Shown here: piece by piece, positions 1-12,091 of the stretch
Position numbering within the stretch: position 1 is the stretch's first letter
Layout of the letters: the number at the start of each line of letters is the position of its first letter
Origin: Carcharhinus amblyrhynchos
Taxonomy: Eukaryota
DNA: 64,000 nt
Assembly (NCBI GenBank): GCA_965287045.1
Contig: OZ336876.1
Location: 50,220,001 to 50,284,000 of the forward strand
Direction: 5' to 3'
The notes under the pieces: generated by a model
The model's input: the letters and a program-made list of their open reading frames with translations, nothing else
The model's database searches: none
Told to the model about the DNA's origin: nothing
Translations under genes and position numbers: made by a program

Positions 1-200
1 CAATCCCACCCAGGTGCTATTTTCATAATTCCAAATATTTACCCTATAATCCCCTTGACATTAGGGTCAATTCAGCATAGCCAATCAACCTAACCCTCAC
101 ATCTTTGGATAGTGGGAGGAAACAAGAGCACCCGGAGGAAATCCATGCAAACCCATGGATAATGTGCAATCTCCACACAGACAGTCACTCAAGCTGGGGT
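1..200 (-). mobile_element. HE1-like V-SINE fragment
   Basis: Reverse strand reads gactgtctgtgtggagattgcac...tttcctccgggtgctc...ccaaagatgtg.ggttaggttgattggc, matching the V-domain of the fuller copies at 13176, 15888 and 35992. Confidence 0.85.
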
Positions 201-1179
201 TAGCTGAAAGAAAATCTTACTGGACTAGAAAGTAACATTTTTAGAATCTACCTACACTGGAAACAATTCAATTACTACTTGTCAGGACACAAATGTACAA
301 ATTTGTTTCCAGGTTTGGAATAGATTTGAAACTCTATTATCTCAGGCTTACTGCATCTCAACATGTTTAATGTCATTATACGCTAGCTGAAGTGAGTATT
401 TCTAATCTGCCACCACAACAATAATAGTTACTCAAATGTTCTAATTTAATGTTAGAATGGGTGCTGTCCCAATTTTGGCATTTTTCTGATGCACAATTAG
501 TTATAGATTTGATCCCTGAGGAATTGATGGTGAAAATTCTGCCATTTGTGAAAAACTTTCATTTCATGTTTTGTGCAACCTTTCCCCATGGCTGACAATG
601 CTGCCTTCATTGACCATTCCTAGTTTTGATGGGATGAATAGGAGGAAAAAAAAGTGTTTTCTCTGGTTGGGGAGACAGTGACAGGGGGTCGTCAATTTAA
701 CATTGTTATTAGGAATGTCAAGAAAAGACACAAAAAAAGTACGCAAAGGATTGTTGGAACATGAAATGATTTGTCAATGGGGAGTTGAAGCTATCAACTA
801 CATACTTAACATAATCAAAAATAAAGCATTTTGTTCATTTCACTGGTGGAAAACGTTTACAATTGTGAATGACATTGCTGTTCACACCTCACTGAATAAC
901 TCATTGTTGGGGTTCATTAATTTGCAAATACCCACAATTTTCTCAGTTGGAACTGTTTTAGAGTTATTATGATGCATTGTTTTGGAAGTAAATGGTACTT
1001 GGTAACTGTCTGGCTGCCAGTGTTATTGTTCCTGTCCTGCTATCAATTTTGCTTCATCAGAGCAATGACAACCATAAGAATACCTGGGAGCAGGCAGCGT
1101 TCCTAATTGTTGCCCTCAATTTAAAATGTTTTGGTGACTTAGCAAAACGACCATCATCATTTCTCTTCAAAAATTCTCT

Positions 1180-1495
1180 TTAGGCCCCTGTGCCCTTGCA
1201 ATCAGTCATTCTATCGCCAACCTTCATTTCCCTTCCAATGTCCTTAAAAGTTGTTGTCAAATCTGTGCCCTACTTTCCTCCAACTGTTTAGTTGAATTTC
1301 TCAAATCATATTTGTGCTACTGCTGTAGTAGCACCAAAATGGGCCTAATCAAAGTCACAAGTTACATCCTCTATAAATAGGACAATTGTACATGTTCCTT
1401 CCTCAACCTCCAAACAGCTATTGACAAGACTGATCACATTATTATCCCCCAATGCCTCTCCTCCATTATGCAGATTGGAATGGGTGAACTTTCAC
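1180..1495 (+). mobile_element. Degenerate L2 LINE RT fragment
   Basis: Decayed coding for an 'STETALIKVT.DIL...LLDL..AFD..DH.I' type motif (agcaccaaaatgggcctaatcaaagtcaca...gactgatcacatt). Confidence 0.6.
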
Positions 1496-2025
1496 ATTGT
1501 CTTCCCACCAGATCCCGATATTAATTTACTCTGTGAGCTGCCTAAACAAGAGGCAGCATGAAGGCATAGGGGTCCTTACTTAAATATTCATCAGTCAGAG
1601 GCCTAAGCAACAGTAGTCAGACCAAACATACTGGAAGGGGCATCATGAAGTAAGAGAAGCCAGGCAGGTAAGTTCTTAAATTTTTGCACGTTTCTCTGTG
1701 GATCAGGAGGAGGAGGAGAAACAGAATGCAAATCTGGATCTCCTTTTCTCTGTAGTTCCTCCATAATCAAGATAGCTCCCATCACCATTTCCCTGTCTGA
1801 TGAGGATTGTTGACAGTTGTCCCCACCCAAGGCCTCTAAACACCTGCTCCAGCCCACCAGCCATCGTATGGATCTGGCTGAGCATGAGTGGAAGTCTGAC
1901 AAAATTCATACCAACTTCAGTCTGACTTTAACATTTCCCCTGTTTCCTGGTGCGTCATCCACTTCAGGGCTCATACATAACATTCACGTCATTCCCAAAA
2001 TCAACGCCAAAGTGTCAGTGAATCT

Positions 2026-2935
2026 ACTTCTTCTTAGGCAATCACTCCGGATGAGAGATGATGTACTTCCCTTCCAGTTAGGTGGGTGCTAAGATGGCAA
2101 GTAAGTCCAATGTGCAATCGACAGACTCTTCTACATGCAGGGAAGGTGCTTCTTGGCAGGCTGGATAAATTGGTTGTTGGGAGTTTCGCTCTCTAATGCC
2201 TCAACTTCACCTCTGTGTGTTCCAAATGATCTCATTCAACGTGTGTGGCACCTTTCCAGAAGAATTTTCTCCATTTTTGTCGGCCACAGACCAGGAACTC
2301 CAATGAGTCGGCAGGAACGTTTGACCTCTTCAGGAATGCTTTCAGGACAAGCCCAAGGAGTTTCTGGTGTCCTCTTGGGAATTCCCTGCCACCACTGAGT
2401 TCCACCAAATGAAGCTGGTTTTGAGTGATTAACACCTTGATGCTGGGCACATTGGCTTGAGAGAAGATGCTGCTGTTAGCCTGCCTTTCTTGTCATTGGA
2501 TTTAGAGAATCTGGTGAAGGCACTGCTGGTGGGATTTCTCCAGAGCTTTGAGGTGCTTGCTGTGGATTGTCCAAGTGTCCAGAACCTATAAGCATGTGGG
2601 GATCGCTGCTAGAACCAGTAAAACAGTGACCTTCAGTCTTGGGTTTGCGGAGCCAGTCCTTGAATAGTCTGTTCCTCAGTCAGCCAAAGTCTGAGCTGGC
2701 ACCTTGGATGCGATGACAAATTTTGTTGTTTATATCTGCCTGCAAAGAGAAAAGGCTCCAAATGTGTGGAAAATGTTCTACAATTTCCAGGAGCTCATGG
2801 TTGATCTTAATCAATGGGAGAAGGTGTTGTGCTATGGGACCTTGTCAGAGGAGGATCGTAATTTTCCGGGTGCTCAACGAATGGTCCATGTTTGGAGGAG
2901 GAGTTGACAGTGACCTATCGGTTTCAGAATGAGTA
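2026..2935 (-). mobile_element. RTE-clade LINE, degenerate 3' portion
   Basis: Minus strand encodes IKINHELLEIVEHFPHIWSL...ICHRIQGASSDFG*LRNRLF, MPSIKVLITQNQL and VLKAFLKRSNVPADSLEFL...KWRK; ends in an AAG-repeat tail (cttcttctt at ~2027). Confidence 0.8.
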
Positions 2936-3136
2936 CACACATAAGCATAATTTACATTCTGGAGCTTATGACTGAAGTTGGAGTGATTTTGGTTTTAAAC
3001 TGGAGACAGCATTCTTAAACAATGTCTCACCTGTATATAAGTTACCTCCAAGCCTGAAAAATGCCTGAAATGTTGTACATGGCCTTTCTCAACATCATAA
3101 AAGCCTTTCGCTCGGTCAACCATGAAAACTTATGGA

Positions 3137-3582
3137 TTGGATGAACAGATTTTCAAACATTAAAACTGGCTCACATTGAAAAGCTATGGGAAATCTAAAC
3201 GAGGGGCAGTTGAAGCTGAGAGATCATACAATGACACCTCCTGGAATAGGAGTAGCCAGAGTTTGCAACCCGATTCCACAGATTGTTCAAAAGTTACAAT
3301 TTGCAATGCAGCCATCAGTGTCAGAAGGAAGTGACAGCTAGCTCTCTTGGAGATGTCGAGCGGGTAGTGGGGAAGAGAGATACACATTCGCTGCATGCAA
3401 TTTGACATAATGGGTGTTTACAGGAAGAAGGACAAATTTTTAGAGATTTTCTTCCTCCAGATCCAGCTAATGTTTGACAAAAAATGAAAAAGGACATAAC
3501 TGAACTATTTTTAGGAAATAGTTGGGACATTTAATGAAAAACTGGGACTGTTCAAGTAAAATCAGGATGTTTGGTCATCCTA
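3137..3582. mobile_element. Non-autonomous hAT (Blackjack-like) DNA transposon
   Basis: Imperfect TIRs ttggatgaaca / tggtcatccta (TAGGGTGACCA type) and an 8-bp TSD cttatgga (3129-3136) / cttatgaa (3583-3590); removal restores the RTE frame. Confidence 0.75.
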
Positions 3583-3693
3583 CTTATGAAGTATCTTCCT
3601 CAAAATTGGCTGCCCTCAGAAATCTGTCACCATCTTCTGCCCACTTCACAATGAGATGCAAAATATGATCGCCACCAACAGAACCCGATCTCA

Positions 3694-4827
3694 GTGCAGA
3701 CTGGAATGAAACGTAGCTGTGTTTTTCCATCAACCCTCTTTTCCACCATCCTCATTGGAATACCCCGCGCCACCCTGTTTGGTAAGGTTCCCCATGGTAG
3801 GCTACTGCAGGAAATGCAGGTGCATGGGATTGAGGGTGATTTAGCAGTTTGGATCAGGCATCGGCTAGCTGATAGAAGACAGAGGGTGGTGGTTGATGGG
3901 AAATATTCATTTTGGAGTTCAGTTACAAGTGGTGTACCTGAGGGATCTGTTTTGGGGCCACTGCTGTTTGTCATTTTTATAAATGACCTAGATGAGGGCG
4001 TAGAAGGATGGGTTAGTAAACTTGCTGATGATGCCAAAGTTGGAGGAGTTATAGACAGTGAGGATGGATGTTACAGTTTGCAGAGGGGCATAGATGAGCT
4101 GCAGAGCTGGGCTGAGAGGTGGCAAATGGAGTTTAATGCGGAAAAGTGTGAGGTGATTCATTTTGGTAAGAGTAACAGGAGTACAGAATATAGGGCTAAT
4201 GGAAGGACTCTTGGTAGTGTCAACGAGCAGAGAGATCTCGGTGTACATGTGCATAGAACCCTGAAAGTTGGCACCCAGGTTGATAAGGTTGTTAAGGCGT
4301 ACGGTGTGTTAGCTTTTATTGGTAGAGGGATTGAATTTCGGAGCCGTGAGGTCATGTTGCAACTATACAAAACTCTGGTGTGGCCGCACTTGGAGTATTG
4401 TGCACAGTTCTGGTCGCCGAATTATAAGAAGGATGCAGAGGCATCGGAAAGGGTGCAGAGGAGGTTTACCAGGATGTTGCCTGGTATGGTGGGAAGGTCT
4501 TATGAGGAAAGGCTGAGGGACTTGAGGTTGTTTTCGTTAGAAAGAAGAAGGTTGAGAGGTGACCTAATTGAGGCATACAAGATGCTGAGAGGGTTAGATA
4601 GGGTGGATAGTGAGAGCCTTTTTCCTCAGATGGTGATGGCTAACATGAGGGGGCATAGCTTTAAACTGAGTGGTGATAATTATAGGACGGATGTCAGAGG
4701 TAGGTTCTTTAGTCAGAGGGTAGTAAGGGCATGGAATGCCCTGCCTGCAGCAGTTGTGGACTCGCCAACTTTAAAGGCGTTCGAATGGTCATTGGATAGG
4801 CATATGGATAATATTGGAATAGTTTAG
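3694..4827 (+). CDS. Open frame of truncated CR1 ORF2 reverse transcriptase (first ~27 aa are RTE-derived); not a host gene
   Basis: 377-aa ORF with non-LTR RT motifs; lacks the endonuclease and N-terminal RT. Confidence 0.7.
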   Translation: MQTGMKRSCVFPSTLFSTILIGIPRATLFGKVPHGRLLQEMQVHGIEGDLAVWIRHRLADRRQRVVVDGKYSFWSSVTSGVPEGSVLGPLLFVIFINDLDEGVEGWVSKLADDAKVGGVIDSEDGCYSLQRGIDELQSWAERWQMEFNAEKCEVIHFGKSNRSTEYRANGRTLGSVNEQRDLGVHVHRTLKVGTQVDKVVKAYGVLAFIGRGIEFRSREVMLQLYKTLVWPHLEYCAQFWSPNYKKDAEASERVQRRFTRMLPGMVGRSYEERLRDLRLFSLERRRLRGDLIEAYKMLRGLDRVDSESLFPQMVMANMRGHSFKLSGDNYRTDVRGRFFSQRVVRAWNALPAAVVDSPTLKAFEWSLDRHMDNIGIV

Positions 4828-4915
4828 GTTAGAGGGTGATTAGATTGGTTCCACTGGTCGGCGCAACATCGAGGGCCCAAGGGCCCGTACTGTGCTATAA
4901 TGTTCTATGATCTAT
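3775..4915 (+). mobile_element. 5'-truncated CR1 LINE (RT C-terminal half, 3' UTR and ttctatg tail)
   Basis: Encodes FGKVPHGRLL, GVPEGSVLGPLLF, LADD, W..EFNAEKC, HLEYCAQFWSP, FFSQRVVRAWNALP; tail gtactgtgctataatgttctatgatctat. Confidence 0.95.
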
Positions 4916-6240
4916 CTCCAGCAAATTGCCCAACGGTGTGAAGATCATCAGAGCCAAACATCCCCCTTGTACTCAACAGATGCTCACACATCACATTTCT
5001 GAGCTCTGAGCAGCATGAAAACGCTGAATAATTTTTCTTTCTCCATCCCAACACAGTCATGCTTTCCATAGTGTCCTCGCCACCAATTCCAAACCAAATT
5101 TACAACAACTAAATCAACACAAACTCTAGATCACACATTGAAGCTCTGCGGTCTGTATGGATCAATAATGCACAGCCTGGTGCATCTTCTCACTGAAAGC
5201 TGGGCAGGAGCCTTTATAGATGTCACACTGGCAGTTTTCAATACTTTTGCATTTTCGGATATCTATAAAACTCACCAATTAAAATCCCCTTTCCAGTTGC
5301 TGTTTCAAGTGTTTGCTTCCAGTGGAAGGTGCCCTCTCAAGCAGCAATGCTTAGTTTGACTTGAAAGTTCCTCTTGTTCAGTTACTTCTACTCCCATCAT
5401 TAACCTACTCATTGTCATTGCTTCCATGAGGCATTGCCTTTGTGTGAAGAAATTAAAAAGAAACTATAAAATAAATCCCAGTCAAGAAACAGCTACTTCC
5501 AACTGCCACGATCAACTAGAAGATGCCCAGGGTTGGGTCTTTGGAAATGATGATCTGTTTCTTGTGATTCTAAGTCACCCTTTTTGTGAAGAGGTAAACC
5601 AACAGAGTTTTTTTTAAATTTAAACATGGCATTTTCAGTTAAAACTCCCACATTACTAAACTGAGAAATATTTACTGAAGTTAATCGTGCTGTTTAAACA
5701 AATACACCCACATTTCATAAAACTCAATCAACAATGTCATCTTTTTTTGACGGTTATTCATTGTTCATATTTCTTAAAAATTTATTTTCAGAAGGCAGAT
5801 ATCATCTTTTACATTTTTCATAGGTTACTATGAAAGGCCTCTGGCAATTCAGCTTACAGTAATAACTTCTTTAAATCTTTGTTGATTCTAGCATTTTTAG
5901 TCAAGGCATTGTCACATATTTGGAAGTTATGAAATTGTCAGTCTCTAGTTATGGACAGAGTAATATAACCAACAAAAATGCAATTAAGTTTAACAGTCTC
6001 ATCTCTAATTGATCAATGTTTTCACACTATAAGGTAACATGCTAGGTACATGCACAATTGTGTACCTGAACTTCTCCACTGGCCTCAATGATATATACAT
6101 GAAAGGTTGGCATTCATTCAACGGCTGGGCTCTCAAAGCTCACAATCACAAAAGTAGTGTTTTCAAGCACTGACACAATGATTTGAAGGGCTGCAGCAGC
6201 CAAGAATATAGCAGCCAGACTGAAAGACATCCTCCCTTCA

Positions 6241-6334
6241 ACAGAAAACGCTGTAAATACTCAGCAGGTCTGGAAGCATCGCTGAAGAGTGAAACAGAAC
6301 TAACATCTCAAGTCAATGATCTTTCATCAGAACT
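6241..6334 (-). mobile_element. Penelope-like pLTR remnant with decayed hammerhead core
   Basis: Minus strand agttCTGATGAaagatcattgacttGAGAtgttagttct...gatgcttccagacctgctgagtatttacagcgttttctgt; same repeat as at 31336 and 46708. Confidence 0.7.
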
Positions 6335-6879
6335 CTCTACCAAGATAGTATTCTCCACTTACCTAACTCACTTCACCTGGATGGGACCAAATTCCTTCAG
6401 TGGTGGATGCACATCCCACATGGAACTGGGCAGGCCCCAGTGAGGGAGGAAGTGTCAGTGTTTGGTGAAGGTAGGAGGTGCTATTGCCAAAGGGGCAGCT
6501 ATTCCCACCAGGGGCCCAACATGATCCAAAGATGCCAGAATAGGAGGCCCCTTCATCCAGAGCTTGCAGCAAACTGCTAGGGTTCACCTGGTGGTCTTTG
6601 CTCAAGCACTAGTAAAATGACAGCTGAGGTTGGAAGAAGTTCTGAGCTGCTTGGCCACACAATGTGCCCTGGCAGGAGGGCTGTCAACCACCTTCCCTGA
6701 TGGCATGATGGCAAGCGATGACAGATACGCAATCCGCCTTCCCTCGCTATTTTACAGCTGTCCTCACTTCCAGCCAGCCCATCCCATCCCAGGGGTCTTG
6801 TGAAAACCAGCCCAATGTTTCACAACAATGGCTTTTCACTAAGGTAATTGGTAAAGCAACTGCAGATGGTTAGACTTAG

Positions 6880-7990
6880 GCCACTCCCCCGGAGGAACTT
6901 CAGCAGCAATGTCTGAGGGTTGAGGTGATTGGTTTCCAACAACGACAAACATCTTCCTTTTTGGTATTTACGAGCCCATGAAGAGGATTCTTTTTGACTT
7001 CACTTTAACTAAGATTCCTCATACCACAATTGGTCAAGTGTATTATTAATGTCAACTGCAGTCACTTTCACATCAGCTCTTGAACTCATCTTCTTTATCC
7101 ATGTTTGGACCAAAGCAGTAATAAGGTCAGGAAGCAAGTGGCCTTGGTGGAACCCAAGCTCAGCAGAGTACGTGCTGCTTGACAGCACTGTTGATGGCAC
7201 CTTCCATCATTTTGCTAATCACTTGAGTGTAGACAGGGTGGTAAATGGCTGGGTTGAATTTGTTTCACTTTGTGTGAACAGGACAAACCTGGGCACTTTT
7301 CCACTTTATTGGGTTTATGTCAATTTTGTAGTTGCAGTGGAAGAGTTTGGTTGGATGCAGCTACTACTGGAGCTCAAGTCTTTAATATCACAGCTAGGAA
7401 ATTGTCAGTCTTTGCTACAGCCAGTGCCTTCAGCCATTTCTTGATATGATGTGGAGTGAACTGAACTGACTGAAGACTGGCCTATAGAATTCAAAGGACC
7501 TCAGGAAGAAGCCAAAATGAATCATCCAATCAGCACTTCTGACTGAAAGTAACTGCAAATGCATCAGCCTGTGTTTTACATGCTTCCCACAACTATTGAT
7601 GATGGGAGTATTTGTGGAACATTCTCCTCTGGTTAGTTGTTTAACTGCTCACCACCATTCATGACTGGGTGTAGTAGGAATGCAGAGCTTAGATCTGAAC
7701 ATCTGGTGGTGGGAACACTTAGTTCTATACTAAGCAGCTTCCTCTGTTTAGCACATAAGTAGCCCTGTATTGTAGCTTCAGTAGGTTGACATCTCAGTTT
7801 AGGTACGCTTGGTGCTGTTTCTCCTTTGCTTCCTGCACTCTCTTCACTGAGCCATGGTTAGTATATTACTGGTAGAATGAGAGTTATTTTGGGCCGTCAG
7901 GTTCCAGGTTGTGGTGGAGTACAATTTTGCTGCAGCTGTTAGCCCTCAGCACCTTACGGATGCTAGCTTGAAACTTCTTGATCTGTTCTG
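6880..7990 (-). mobile_element. Degenerate CR1/L2-group LINE (second family)
   Basis: ORF 7009-7200 AELGFHQGHLLPDLITALVQTWIKK...VTAVDI..LDQLW; homologous to the + copy at 17380. Confidence 0.8.
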
Positions 7991-8042
7991 ATATGTTTAG
8001 CACATCAAGGATGCCAATCTCCTTTCCTTAATGACCATTTTA

Positions 8043-8495
8043 AAAATTTTCTTCTGAGACGTGGACATCACTGGTTAGGCCAGAATTTACTGCCCGTTCC
8101 GAGTTGTCCTTGAGAAGGTTGTGGTGAGTTGCCTTTTTGAACTGCTGTAGTCCATGTGGTGCACATACACTCATAGTGCTGTTTGGAAGAGAACTTGTAG
8201 GTCGTGACGGTGTTCCCATGCATCTGCTGCCCTTGTCTTTCCAGGTGGGAAAGATTGTGCATTGCTAAGATGCTGTCGAAGAAGCCTCGGTGAATTGCTG
8301 CAGTGCATCTTGTAAAATCAAAGAATCCCCTTGATTGCTACCCCTTCCACAAATATTCAATTCCTCCACCATGTACAAACAGTGACAGTCTTATGTCCCA
8401 TCTACAAGATGCACTGCAGGAAGTCACCAAGGTTCCTTAAGCAGCGCCTTTCAAACTCCATGACCACTACATCCAGAAGGACAAGAACAGCAGAA
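8043..8495. mobile_element. Two oppositely oriented 3' fragments of the second LINE family
   Basis: 8043-8315 is the reverse of the tail seen at ~18935-19570; 8330-8495 is a forward copy of the region at 18870-19030. Confidence 0.7.
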
Positions 8496-9744
8496 GTTTC
8501 TGCACCAAATTCTACAGGAGCTGATATCAAGCAAGTTACAAAGAAAGATTAAACACCACCTAATCTTTTAAGTACCTTCCAGGAACAGGAAACCCTGTTG
8601 TACCCTCAAAGGGCACAAGTTACAGCATAGAATTGCATAAAATTTACAGCATAGAAACAAGCCATCCAACCTGTGTCAGTAGTGACATGGGAGAAATCCT
8701 ATTGGTGTGAGTTCTGAAATAAAGCCTTTACTCTATCCTCCCCTGTGACTTCTGCTTCAAGGACACAGGTTGATCATTCAAATATGGTAATGAGGCTGCA
8801 TGTTTTTTTTAATTTATCTGAAGTCGGCTGGGTTTCCCAAACCTTAAGGAACCCAGCAGCCTCATCCAGATGATGATTTGGGATCCAGGAAGTAAACATT
8901 GTACACCTACTTCCTGAATCCAGTGTGCATCCCAGTGACTGAGTACATGCAGGCCACTCCACAAAATGTTTCCCACTAGGCCACTAATCCCACTCCCTAA
9001 TGCCCCAACCAAGGCCACCAACTGCCCCTCTTACTAATTGACCTATCCAGGTTCCAGCACTCCCCCTCCTCCCAGGCCTCTGATAATGCCCCAGATAGTA
9101 GACACCGCTCTAATGATAGCTTTGAGTTACTAATGGATTAAAAAGAAATTATCTTTAAAACCAATGATATTAAAAAGATTTTCCTAATTAAATTATTATG
9201 TATTCTGAACATCTCTCCTTCTCCTCTACCTGCAACCCCAAATTCTCCCCTTCTGTCCTGAAAGATTTTGCAGTAGGAAGAAGCAGAAGTGTCACCTGTC
9301 CAATAGTTCACCAAGGTAACCGTTCTACATACATGGTTGGTTATAAAAACATTGAATGTATGCAATCAGTAACACTGAAACAAGAAAGGGAGTGTGTATA
9401 AGTCCTAAGATTTAAAAGTAAAAAGTGGATAGAAGGCAATGGGAAACACAGTGAGAATGAATAGAACCTGTAACCTGACAACAGTCCAGCTGCTTTCCCT
9501 CTGATCTTTCTATTTCTGCTCTTCTCCTGGAGTTCTCTGCCTGGAGGCAATGTGCAGCTCTGACCCATAGAGTAAGGAGGCAGGTCTCAAATCCACCCAA
9601 TGCAGAATGGGGATCAAACGCAATGCTGTTGGCATCAATCAATCCAGTCAGCCGGGCCAAACAGTCCCAAGGAGACCAAGTTATTGTGGCAATGTACCTG
9701 AATGCTGTAGCATGGAGCTATGAATAGTGATGGTGGAAGCTCCA

Positions 9745-9942
9745 ATTTCTTTCTATCACATGGCTGACCAGGAATTTCTCCTGCTATTACTGCCTGCCAT
9801 TGGCATGTATTGGAAGGATTTACAAGTCAATACTCAACCTCAACTTACTCACCTTCCTTGGCCATCAAGCCCTGGGGTGGGATTTGAAACCAGAGCTTCT
9901 GATTTAAGGGCAGAGATATTATTTACAGTGCAGCAAGACTTC
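9745..9942 (-). mobile_element. Short tRNA-headed SINE (family 3)
   Basis: Colinear with 28965-29189 (tactgcctgcc.ttggca.g.attggaaggattt, caccttccttggc, agagcttctg). Confidence 0.65.
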
Positions 9943-11574
9943 ACTGGATTTTCTGCTCAATTTGTCATGATTTCTGAACTCTTTGAAACCATATTAATGT
10001 ATTGACATGACCAAGGATGATATTTTCAATTACTTATTACCATGTGAATTGTTTTGGTCGTTTGATTTATTATTCAGCATGGTTAAAACTCCAAATTATT
10101 GGTTGTTTTATTCAATATAGCTTTTGAAAGAATTAACTGCACAGTTGAGAAGTCTCACTTTTACTTTCTAAATATCCAGTCAAATAGCCAAATAAGTATG
10201 ATTTTCTTAAAAATGTACATTTACATCCATTCAGTCAAACTACTTGACAAATCCACTACTGGGTTGAAGACTGTTAACTTTATGAAGCACCTAATGAATC
10301 TATTTTCTTTTGTTTATAAACCAGCATTTTAATTTTCATAAATGACATGGCAATGTATTATTTTAATCACACAAAGTATTATTGTAACAAAGTCATCCAG
10401 TTCTTCCCCCTTAAAGTCACTTTCTTCATGCAGGCACTGTCCTTTTTTTTCAGTTATTAAGAGTCCACAGCAGGAATGTGGATTCAGCAGCAAATCATAA
10501 TTTGGGCCTGTCTGCACGTGCTTCGCACTGCCTGTCCTTTTGTAAAGCAGCCTCAGTGCCAGACATGGACAGACTTTCTTCTGTTGCATTAAATGTTTCT
10601 GTGATGGCTGTCATCTGCTTGACATGGATATTACTTTGAAAGACTGGTTTGTGCGCATGCAACTCACTCATCAAATTTGATTAGTTTGGTGATTAATTCA
10701 AGTTTAGTAATTTATGGACATTTTTGTGGTGATTTTAGTGGTTTGTGGCATTTTTGTGGCAATTGTAATGATTTACACTACTTTTTTTGCAAAGTGTGCA
10801 GTAACTTACACTATGCATCTTTCACAGTAACTTCATTGCAGTGTTAATGTAAGCTGACTTGTGACGCTAATATGTAAACTTTAAATCTTTGTTCTATGGA
10901 TGGGTGTTCATTTGAAACTTTGTGTGACAGTGCTGTCCATTTAGGATTGATAGACTCATGTAGAATATGTTCTGAGGCCCCGTTGGTGTATTGAGGCACA
11001 CAAAACAAGTAGATTTCCCTCTTCAATCTTTGCAGGTCTTGAATTATCAATTTGGTTGAAAAGAAGATGGGGAAACCTGGGATAGCAGATCATTGAGCAA
11101 TTCCTGATCCAGGTTAATATCCTTGCCTTTGCACATTGATTGAGTTTCAATTGAAACTAGGTTCTCTGTACCAATACCAAAGGTCTTCCTTCCTTCACAA
11201 CACTAATTTTGATTACTGTCCTACCATCCCCACTGACACTGGTCAACTTTTTATCTATCCTATCTTATTGGTGTTTAAACCGTCCTCTTATCTGCCTTAT
11301 CTTATTCACACTGTTTGCTTTCATATCCTGTGTTAGAGTTGGTCTCTTGTTTGCCTGATCTGCACTAACATTGATCGTCATCATGTCCAATCTGTTCTGC
11401 TCGTGGACACTATCCTGCTACCCCAGCCCCAAGGTAAATCGCCACTCCATATTCAGTGCATTGATTATGGGGGCAGATTATAATTCTAACTACCTCTTCA
11501 ACTTTATGTGAAGGTAAGAAGAAAGTATTTCAATAACAATAATAAAAACAAAGTATTGCAGGAAATATTAAATA

Positions 11575-11815
11575 ATCATCCCTCTTTATTGTTTGTTCCA
11601 TGATATCCTTGTCATTCAATCTCTTCTGCCCTCCAGCTTATCTCAGACCTTCCATTTTGTTCTCTGTTCCTCCCCTCCCCCTCCTAACGACATAAAAGCC
11701 ACCACAGTCCCACCTTTCTTCAGTTCTGAAGAAGTAACTTTCAAATTGAAATGTTTACTCTGTTCCTCTCTCCATATATGCTGCTAAAGTTGAATATTTA
11801 TGTTTTTATTTGAAA
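11575..11815 (+). mobile_element. Penelope-like 3' pLTR remnant
   Basis: cttcagttCTGAAGAag...GAAAtgtttactctgttcctctctccatatatgctgc; colinear with 31870-32080. Confidence 0.65.
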
Positions 11816-12091
11816 ATAATATTCTTTGAAAAGTCCCAATCACAGCACAGAGAAATACAAGGCACAATTTTCATTTTCAACGGAAGTGAAAATAAGGTGG
11901 GCTCTATAACAAGAGGCCCAATCTGTCAAACCGACTTACTGCCCACAAATTACTTCCAGAGTCTGTTTTAGAAGCACCGTGTGTTACAGTGATACTGTCA
12001 ATATGGTTTGCTAACATACCAGTATTTCCATAGACCTTTCTTATGATTGGAAATTGCTGCTGAAATCACAGCACAAAACCAGGAAGTGTAG

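Larger units (their letters stand above)
3060..4955 (+). mobile_element. RTE-clade LINE RT fragment, interrupted by a hAT MITE (3137-3582) and a CR1 (3775-4915)
   Basis: Spliced pieces read YMAFLNIIKAFRSVNHENLW|SIFLKIGCPQKSVTI...VQTGMKRSCVFPSTLFSTILIGIPRAT|SSKLPNGVKII. Confidence 0.75.

Noticed and set aside
9440-9490. V(D)J recombination signal (cacagtg)
   Set aside because: No ACAAAAACC-like nonamer at 12 or 23 spacing and no Ig/TCR segment nearby
9560-9670. Additional tRNA-derived SINE head on the minus strand (gatgccaacagc...tttgatcccc)
   Set aside because: Too short and decayed, with no second copy in the window to support it
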